This document shows positions 58,801-64,000 of a stretch of 64,000 nt of DNA, in pieces (position 1 is the stretch's first letter; each line of letters begins with the position of its first letter). The stretch covers positions 29,151 through 93,150 of the forward strand of contig DAOSDU010000006.1 in assembly GCA_035362715.1 (NCBI GenBank), in the 5' to 3' direction. This DNA is from Methanofastidiosum sp. (GTDB lineage: Archaea; Methanobacteriota_B; Thermococci; Methanofastidiosales; Methanofastidiosaceae). A program made the position numbers and the translations under genes. The notes beneath the pieces are model-generated. The model did no database searches and was not told where the DNA came from. It saw nothing but the letters and a program-made list of their open reading frames with translations.

Positions 58801-60713
58801 ATGTTTGAAATACTGACCAACTGTTTATGCCCTAAAGCTTCAGTTGTTCCGGCCCCATCAAAAGTTACAGATAAGGCCAAGCTGGAAATTGCAGAAACGG
58901 CAGATGATCCATAACCTGAAAATGTGATAAGTTCAATATCAGTGTCTTTGTCCTGGGAAACGACAGCGCCCAAGCTGGTATAGTTAATATTACAAATATA
59001 ATCAGTAACAGTTGCAACTTCAACTGCCGCATAGCTTTGGTAAGTGATTGTTTGGCTGTATGCTGCTGTTGCCGCAATTGTTACTGCACCTGTCCCTGTA
59101 AGTTCAGCTAATGAATTATACCCCACTTGTTCTTCACAAGAAACACTGCCTTTGCTGGCGATAAGTATTGTTTCAATATCGGTATCAATATCTTGTATAA
59201 CTATTGATCCATATCCTGTGAGAGCTATAGTCTCAGAATATATCAAGCCATAAGTGCAAGAAACTGCACCGTTTGAAGTATAAGTTATTGTTGCTGCTCG
59301 AGCTACTCCGGCTGCGGTCACCGCAACTGCAGCATTTCCAGTATAAGTAACTGTTTCTTCATATTCCTCTCCAGAAGCCTCGGTATATTCTATCACAAGC
59401 TTTGGGTCATAGCTTGTCCCAGAATACTCAGACGAATAGATATATCCGGTATAAGCAGTAGTCAGGCTGGGCGGACTATCTGCATAATCATAGGTGTATT
59501 CCATCAAGCAGTATTTTGTTGTGCCTGTTGTTGAAACGTCTGATTTGCCAGTTGCGTCAAGGTCGATTGTTTTGTAGCCGTTGGTGCTTGTAGCTATAGT
59601 GCCATAAGAGCTCCCGCTATACGCTGTGAAATCGCTTGTTGTAAGTGAAGCTGCCTGTGTCCCTTTCAATGCGCAAAGCGTGGCACCATTGCTAGTTGAA
59701 TAGACATAAACAGAAAGAGCGGCTGTATCGATTGTTGCGCCGTCTGGGATATCTGAAGTATCAAAGTATAGAAATCCCCTTCTTATCGTGTATGCATAGC
59801 CTAGAAGCTGCTTATCAAAGGATTTGCTCGTGCTGACAACTATGGCTGTGGCGGTGTCATAAACTGTGGCACCACTTGTGCGTGCCGTGCTCCAAGACGT
59901 GCTGTATGTTCCTTTTATATCCCCGTCTGCAGAAGTGGAATAATAAGTTGTAGAATCGATATATATTGTTTTTTTGCCTTTCAGTTTTTCATTGCCGGGA
60001 CCGAGAAGGCCGTATTTTTGGACCATCCACGCCCAATTTTTGGCCTTATCATCAAAGTACTTGACATAGAAAATTCTGCCTTCTTTTTTTACGATCTTGT
60101 GCTTCAAAGGTTGCGAGAAGTAATCAAGATTTTCTACCCACATCCTGGGCCTGGGTATCCAGATTTTTTCTTTTGTATCCAGTTCAAAAGTAAATGTTTC
60201 TGCCTTTTTCCCCTTCGGATGGAGTCCCTTCAGATGCAGCTCATACCAGACTTCAACATCTTTCAAATGGATCTTTTCGGTATCCACCACAATAGATTCC
60301 TGGACATAGCGCTCATGGACCCTGTTGTGGATCCAGATGCCATCAGAAATGACGTGCTTCAGTTCGTAATCATTTACCCGCACAATTTTGGTAAATCTAT
60401 CAAAAGTAACTTCTTCCCCATTCAGTATGATCTTAGCGATACTTGCTTCGTATTGCTGATCATACCCTTTTCGGAAGCCAAAATATTTTTCTTTCTTTCT
60501 GTCTTTTCTAAATCCAACAGAAAATTTGTGCTTGTCCATTATGAATTTGTCTTTTTCTTCACGGATCGTTATATCAATAGTTCTTAGATTGTGATTGTCA
60601 TCTTCATAATGGATGGGCTTTTCGTGATAGATCTTTCTGAACTTTCCTGGCGCAATTTGAAATGTTTTTGAAGTAAGAGTCCTTTTTTCAATTACCTCTT
60701 GCTTTTTATTCAC
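55812..60713 (-). CDS. Giant (1633 aa) tail/baseplate protein with central tandem repeats of about 55 aa and C-terminal distal-tail/tail-lysin-like region
   Basis: At least 8 repeats with core IQDIDTDIELITF..G.GS; located immediately after tape measure and small protein as Dit/Tal are in siphoviruses. Confidence 0.55.
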   Translation of the reverse strand: MNKKQEVIEKRTLTSKTFQIAPGKFRKIYHEKPIHYEDDNHNLRTIDITIREEKDKFIMDKHKFSVGFRKDRKKEKYFGFRKGYDQQYEASIAKIILNGEEVTFDRFTKIVRVNDYELKHVISDGIWIHNRVHERYVQESIVVDTEKIHLKDVEVWYELHLKGLHPKGKKAETFTFELDTKEKIWIPRPRMWVENLDYFSQPLKHKIVKKEGRIFYVKYFDDKAKNWAWMVQKYGLLGPGNEKLKGKKTIYIDSTTYYSTSADGDIKGTYSTSWSTARTSGATVYDTATAIVVSTSKSFDKQLLGYAYTIRRGFLYFDTSDIPDGATIDTAALSVYVYSTSNGATLCALKGTQAASLTTSDFTAYSGSSYGTIATSTNGYKTIDLDATGKSDVSTTGTTKYCLMEYTYDYADSPPSLTTAYTGYIYSSEYSGTSYDPKLVIEYTEASGEEYEETVTYTGNAAVAVTAAGVARAATITYTSNGAVSCTYGLIYSETIALTGYGSIVIQDIDTDIETILIASKGSVSCEEQVGYNSLAELTGTGAVTIAATAAYSQTITYQSYAAVEVATVTDYICNINYTSLGAVVSQDKDTDIELITFSGYGSSAVSAISSLALSVTFDGAGTTEALGHKQLVSISNITGAATFEIGAILGKVVEVAFGGAGSVTIQDIDIDLEIISFGAQSEIQIAAATNYSSLVNYTSIASIVAYDVETDIELITFTSAGAFGVWDYSGSTAVVEYQSNAAIEITTVTDYIYGINYTSTASIVTNDIDTDIELITFIGAGSVEISRTTDYTYSAFLNAASSVELSAIGNYFSNIITTGLSFVTLTGHMNKYDLLEVSSQAAVEIITTTDYTYSALLSAASSVTIQDIDYDIELILFSGHGLIQIQDLELIDYISKAKIIVYTLWTPPDIIMLGAGSLELAANTDYIISATYAANGSLLLQDIDSDTDLIEIAGMGSITAEIKTDFKKTLNIIGIGDLTFNGITSYIISEAITSDAQMDIQLNTSFVGENEAAGASTMEVATACVYHSLIEVDSHSSIIIQDVDTDIEILTFESKGAFQFTEVESINYSSYGALSIKSETSGATPLFWAIIVGQAGDVEIDLSALNIIEYARFTDEKGKRSDYFEISLYNDNGALSETFEVGNEVFFYVDENDPPVTKIFHGLITSVEFELDEYRSNRIILSGEDYGSIRAGQTTISGAETYNNKTADEIVSDIISRYCPEITTTNLETFAEAIPSMTFAWEYVGQAIDKVASLVGADFYIDENDDLNFYDAADLSADHVISSGEIISAKIKRDAMKYFDRVYVVGGKQGFLDFSQSTTTTEVSLHDKSYASTFTPSKSNILFLDVYVKKVGNPLDDMIFTIVEDNGGNPTGSIIGFGSIPQEDISTDGGWVKTTLVDCQLDISKTNWIVFNIIGTATDTYKVVHNNTTTSGHKYKTLAGSWTAATGKLAFKTYYGVQIVKSATTETMMFEYHTDIPIIDLTIQEADTALTLAQQKAIEYALKNASRLVINPPGKRLKAGQVIEFTSLPGMPTLEDQTILSVTYEIKERQISTVTLTCTAADDFYSAFANLFSELRRLKVKNILESQEQTTDYKETTETPAVVLSENIFETATDYETEYDDNEARWDVSDWT

Positions 60714-60786
60714 ACCTGAAAAACTGTAGTCGTATCCGGCCAGTCTATCACTTTACCCAATTTTAAAAAAATAAAAAAAAATAGAT

Positions 60787-61176
60787 TTATGCCCTGGATT
60801 CAGTCTCTTTGATAATGATCTGCAGAGAGTCGCCGCCTTCAACAGCCTTTGTCGCTGAGAACTTGTGCCTCATCAGCATGTCCCCTGCAGGATCCCCGTC
60901 ATCGTTGAAAATTCCAACTTCGTTGACGGATAAGCTTCCTGTAAAGGAAAAGGTCTTTGTCCACTTTGCCTTGTAGTCAGCCTCATATTCGCAAGTGGCA
61001 GCCGCCCTTGCTCCGCCGTTAGTTGTAATTTCTGTGACTAATGCTGTTTGGTCGTTTGCCTCTGCTGTTGTTCCAGAGCCTAGTGCGATATATGTGAATG
61101 GGGCAGTAGATACACCATTCAAGAGTTTGGCCTTCATTTCAAGGCCTTTGTTCACGAGTGTTGCCATAAGATTCAA
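60787..61176 (-). CDS. Putative virion structural protein (129 aa)
   Basis: Paralogous to 55333..55836; between TMP and giant protein. Confidence 0.4.
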   Translation of the reverse strand: MNLMATLVNKGLEMKAKLLNGVSTAPFTYIALGSGTTAEANDQTALVTEITTNGGARAAATCEYEADYKAKWTKTFSFTGSLSVNEVGIFNDDGDPAGDMLMRHKFSATKAVEGGDSLQIIIKETESRA

Positions 61177-61287
61177 CTCTCCGTTTTTTCTATTTTCGGG
61201 TAGTCATTTCCCATCTCTTTTATGTTGCCGTCTTTATCTCTGACTACCCATGTCACGAGATATTCCGTCTTGCTTTTTGCTTCCATT

Positions 61288-63150
61288 CTAGAATCCCACC
61301 CTGGTGATTCTATTGATTCGCTTCAGGATTTCATCGGCGATCTTGTCTGGGTCGCCACTTCCTGAAATATTGAAGGTATTGTTCACGACCATGCTTTTTC
61401 CCTGGAGCTTTGATCCATCCTTGAACGCCAGAATATTGTCATCCTTGTGGAACTGCACAACTTCGCCTTTTTTTGTAATCAAAGCATCGTTTACTCTTTT
61501 TGAGATTTCTCCAGTTGCTGTGTTCATGTAACCGACGAGAGCACCACCGGAGCTATTGCGGATTGTCTCGTAAGTTACGCCGCCGCTTGAAAAAGAATTT
61601 GTAACGACTGCATTCCCCCTTTCGGGGCCTTCATAGACTATATCGCTTCCAGCTTGAACTCTTTCAGAAGATCCAAAAGTCCTGCAGCCGCTGCCGCCCC
61701 CTCCGGAAGGATTCAACATCTGCCTGACAATGTTCATTGCGCTGTTCATGTAGTTGACTGCACCGCCAGCAGTTTGGCCCAACTGATCAACTTCCCCTGC
61801 AGTTTTGCTTGTGCTGCCCCTCAAAATAGCCAGATATTCATTTGCAAGCTGCACCGCATTTGTGTTGTTTGTGATTTCAAGACTGTTTTGCTTTGTCTTT
61901 TCCTTGTTTTCATTTTCAGCACGCTCTATCTCTCGCAAGCGTCCCAATGCATCTGCGGCATTTTCTGATTCTATTGGAAGTGTGTTTGGACTTACAGCCC
62001 CAGGGCTAACCCACTGCCCCCTAGCAGCCGCCTCATAAGAGGTATAAGCTCCGGCCTTTTCATACTGCACTTGTTGTCCCGCATAATCCCAAATGGCCAT
62101 GCCCCCGGGATTTGTTGCCCTAAGTCCAAGATCTATAATCTTGTCAAGGTGTAAATCCTTGATAATGACACTTATCCTGGAAAGCGCATCTTCAATTATG
62201 CCCAAAATATATGATACCCTGTCAAAAGCATCGGCCAGTTTTGTGATCGCCTCTTCAGAAGAAGTAACGCCAGCGAGCTTCATGATAATGTTGCCAAGTT
62301 CAGAACCAAAGCTTATCGAATGTTCTAAAAGATTCCCAAACGCATCTACAAGCGGTTGGATTTCCCCGGAGTTTATCATCTCTGAAATCTTGTTTGCAAT
62401 GTTTTCTAATGTTGGCGCTATTGCCCCGGTCAGCTCATCTCCAAAAAGCGTCTTTAGATTTTGGACCTGATTTTGAAAATTGGCAAATATCCCTGCAGTT
62501 GAGTTCCTGAGCGCCTCTGCACTTCCGCCAAAAGATTTTTCCATCTGCTTTGCCAGGTAGTCCATCTTTTGTGCTGCCGACATTGATTTCATGCTGACTG
62601 AATCAAGGACGACACCGTTCTGTTCGAGCGTTGATGTGCTCCCACTAAGAGCCATTGCAACTTGCTTTGTTGCAGTCTCTAGATCCATACCCTCTGCTGC
62701 TGCATAGTCTTCCGCTGCTAACAAGAGCTTTAGCGACCGGTCATAATCCTTTGTTACGGCTATCAGATTGTTGAAGCTTTTCCGAATTGAGATGTCGTCG
62801 ATGGATGTCAGTTCAGAATGCTGGCCTATCACCTTTTCAATCTGCTTTGAGTAGGACTGTATTCCTGCATTTTTCAAAAGATTTCCTGTCTGTGACTGAA
62901 ACTTTGATTGCTCTAAAGAGAGCTTTACCATCTCACGATTCAAGTTTTGTACTGCGGCAATGCCGTAGGTCGTTATGGCAGTTGCCATCGTTCCCACAGC
63001 TACCTCTGCCGCATGGCCCAAAGAATACATTGCCCCGCCGGCTTTGGATGTGCCCTTCTCAAGGCCGCCAAGCGCCGACTCAACATTTTTTATAGGGCCT
63101 GATGCCCTGTCTTCAGCAGTTACAGTTATCTTGACATTTTGCTCTTGCAT
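61288..63150 (-). CDS. Tail tape measure protein
   Basis: 620 aa, helical/low-complexity, Gly-rich tracts, ETATKQVAMALSG-type segment; follows two small overlapping chaperone-like ORFs. Confidence 0.6.
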   Translation of the reverse strand: MQEQNVKITVTAEDRASGPIKNVESALGGLEKGTSKAGGAMYSLGHAAEVAVGTMATAITTYGIAAVQNLNREMVKLSLEQSKFQSQTGNLLKNAGIQSYSKQIEKVIGQHSELTSIDDISIRKSFNNLIAVTKDYDRSLKLLLAAEDYAAAEGMDLETATKQVAMALSGSTSTLEQNGVVLDSVSMKSMSAAQKMDYLAKQMEKSFGGSAEALRNSTAGIFANFQNQVQNLKTLFGDELTGAIAPTLENIANKISEMINSGEIQPLVDAFGNLLEHSISFGSELGNIIMKLAGVTSSEEAITKLADAFDRVSYILGIIEDALSRISVIIKDLHLDKIIDLGLRATNPGGMAIWDYAGQQVQYEKAGAYTSYEAAARGQWVSPGAVSPNTLPIESENAADALGRLREIERAENENKEKTKQNSLEITNNTNAVQLANEYLAILRGSTSKTAGEVDQLGQTAGGAVNYMNSAMNIVRQMLNPSGGGGSGCRTFGSSERVQAGSDIVYEGPERGNAVVTNSFSSGGVTYETIRNSSGGALVGYMNTATGEISKRVNDALITKKGEVVQFHKDDNILAFKDGSKLQGKSMVVNNTFNISGSGDPDKIADEILKRINRITRVGF

Positions 63151-63310
63151 GCTCTTTTCTCTTTTTGATAAGCTCTTCGGCCTGAATTCTCTTTTCTTCC
63201 TGGGTGTCTTCCGGATTCTGGTACAAAATATAGCCCCTCACAAGCCTCCTTTTTTCAAGGATTGTGAGTCTTGGTATTTCCCAAACCTTATATCCAAGCT
63301 GGTGCAGCAC
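63113..63310 (-). CDS. Tail assembly chaperone, downstream (T-like) ORF, probably expressed as frameshift extension of 63318..63638
   Basis: Its frame is open upstream to 63364, overlapping last 15 codons of upstream ORF; overlaps TMP start. Confidence 0.4.
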   Translation of the reverse strand: MLHQLGYKVWEIPRLTILEKRRLVRGYILYQNPEDTQEEKRIQAEELIKKRKEHARAKCQDNCNC

Positions 63311-63317
63311 CTGCTCC

Positions 63318-63638
63318 TCAAGGAGCCTTGCCTTTGTTTCCAGGCTCAGAACGAAAGGATTCTTTTATGTCACTGATATCAAGGAGCTTTTGGACTAGTT
63401 GCGCAATTGCCTTTGTCTTCCCAAACTTTTTGATTTCATCAGAGGAAAGCTTTGGCTCAACAATATGTGCTGATAGAATATCGTATCCTTTTTGAGGATC
63501 TGACAAAAGTGCTATTTCGCCCTCAGGGATTGGTATGACCTTGGCATCCTTGCCATGCTCAATCTCGATAATGATTGCTTTCAGCTCCCCTTTTTCATCC
63601 CGCTCATGCAGAAAGTATGATTTTTCAACTATCGCCAT
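63318..63638 (-). CDS. Tail assembly chaperone (G-like)
   Basis: 106-aa acidic ORF between major-tail-like gene and TMP. Confidence 0.4.
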   Translation of the reverse strand: MAIVEKSYFLHERDEKGELKAIIIEIEHGKDAKVIPIPEGEIALLSDPQKGYDILSAHIVEPKLSSDEIKKFGKTKAIAQLVQKLLDISDIKESFRSEPGNKGKAP

Positions 63639-63647
63639 ATGATCGCC

Positions 63648-64000
63648 TCACCAGTTGGTCTTTGCAAAAGGTGCCTCCCAAAAAACTTCTGCGGATGTGC
63701 CAGAGAATGAAAACTTGTAGCTCATCTTTGTGTCAAGGGGGAATACTGCGCTGTAGTCTGAAAAGATGCAGTTTGAAAGAGTTATCTTTAGAGAATCTGA
63801 TGCCTCGTCTGCATAGCCCTTGTCAATTACAATATCCTTTGCAGCAAGTGCTTCATTTGTAGAGGTCCCGCCAAGCACCAGCTGCTCTATTTCGTTTGCA
63901 GTTATTGAGTCTGGGATGTAAGCTGTTATTGATCCATTTATTGCCTCAAACTTTCCGGAGTATGCTGTCGAGGGGGATCTTGCAGCAAGGCCGTGTCCTA
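63648..64000 (-). CDS. Putative major tail protein, C-terminal part (ORF open through window end)
   Basis: No stop in frame between 63879 and 64000; position upstream of chaperones/TMP. Confidence 0.35.
   Translation of the reverse strand, partial: GHGLAARSPSTAYSGKFEAINGSITAYIPDSITANEIEQLVLGGTSTNEALAAKDIVIDKGYADEASDSLKITLSNCIFSDYSAVFPLDTKMSYKFSFSGTSAEVFWEAPFAKTNW

Larger units (their letters stand above)
40059..64000. mobile_element. Putative integrated element(s) next to tRNA-Leu(TAA): AT-rich accessory/defense island (about 40.1-54 kb) plus head-tail provirus tail module (54.6 kb to window end, continuing beyond)
   Basis: Begins at a tRNA 3' end; dense hypothetical, Zn-ribbon, nuclease, glycosylase and R-M-like genes; iteron array; phage tail genes with higher GC than flanking DNA; no integrase seen in window. 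Confidence 0.4.

Noticed and set aside
60018-60587. 189-aa + strand ORF inside the 1633-aa tail protein gene
   Set aside because: Antisense to a continuous 4.9-kb ORF with phage-tail features
61177-61287. Possible tiny ORF (about 35 aa, MEAKSKTEYLVTW...) between TMP and the 129-aa gene on the minus strand
   Set aside because: Could not confirm frame and stop consistently by eye; too short to support
61304-63376. Multiple + strand ORFs (61304..61531, 61654..61968, 61805..62038, 62093..62470, 62787..63095, 62975..63376) across the tape measure gene
   Set aside because: All antisense to the 620-aa TMP ORF; Cys/Ser/Leu-rich shadow frames
1-64000. CRISPR arrays or rRNA genes
   Set aside because: No regularly spaced direct repeats with unique spacers and no rRNA-like conserved stretches were seen; the only repeat arrays are the 9-bp iterons, the TTAC/ACTAC tract and intragenic repeats

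Overview
Low-GC archaeal chromosome segment of about 64 kb. Archaeal identity rests on RadA, RPA, Alba, an archaeal histone, ribosomal protein eL41, Elp3 and an intron-containing tRNA-Trp.

First ~40 kb (host housekeeping and metabolism):
- A Na+-translocating biotin-dependent decarboxylase operon: PccB/MmdA-type carboxyltransferase, a small membrane subunit, a biotin carrier, an OadB/MmdB-type membrane beta subunit, and a second biotinyl protein.
- A CoA-transferase and an RraA-like gene.
- hisS, followed by tRNA-Cys, tRNA-Trp (with intron), a thioesterase gene and tRNA-Leu(CAG).
- A tightly packed minus-strand operon resembling the biotin-dependent malonate decarboxylase (Mad/Mdc) system, with CitG-like, MdcG-like, a ligase, MdcE/D-like carboxyltransferases, an MdcC-like ACP, an MdcA/CitF-like alpha subunit and a BCCP. 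Unexpectedly, an ATP-dependent biotin carboxylase (AccC) is embedded in it.
- Agmatinase and a flavodoxin-like protein.
- TrxB followed by three exported thioredoxin-fold proteins and a NapH-like polyferredoxin membrane protein.
- UppP, a SAM hydroxide adenosyltransferase, ProRS, Elp3, an FKBP-type PPIase, RadA, RPA, Alba, eL41, a Nudix hydrolase and tRNA-Leu(TAA).

Downstream of tRNA-Leu(TAA), from about 40.1 kb to the window end, the sequence looks horizontally acquired:
- An AT-rich accessory island (about 40.1–54 kb) carrying an RHH regulator with an upstream iteron array (8 copies of TGTAAGTA(A)), several Zn-ribbon proteins and PD-(D/E)XK-fold proteins.
- An operon of YhcG/DUF1016-like nuclease, a 139-aa protein and an HhH-GPD DNA glycosylase, plus a divergently placed AlkA-like glycosylase.
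- A peculiar 5-residue-repeat protein.
- A candidate restriction–modification-like operon: three paralogous nuclease-fold proteins, a beta-class amino-methyltransferase with a long C-terminal extension, and a small gene.
- After a histone gene, a noticeably GC-richer siphovirus-like tail morphogenesis module on the minus strand, running off the window end:
  - partial major tail protein
  - two overlapping chaperone-like ORFs with a possible +1 frameshift
  - tape measure protein
  - a 1633-aa protein with internal tandem repeats
  - a tail fiber with a collar domain

The head, packaging and integrase genes are presumably beyond the window. No CRISPR array or rRNA was seen.
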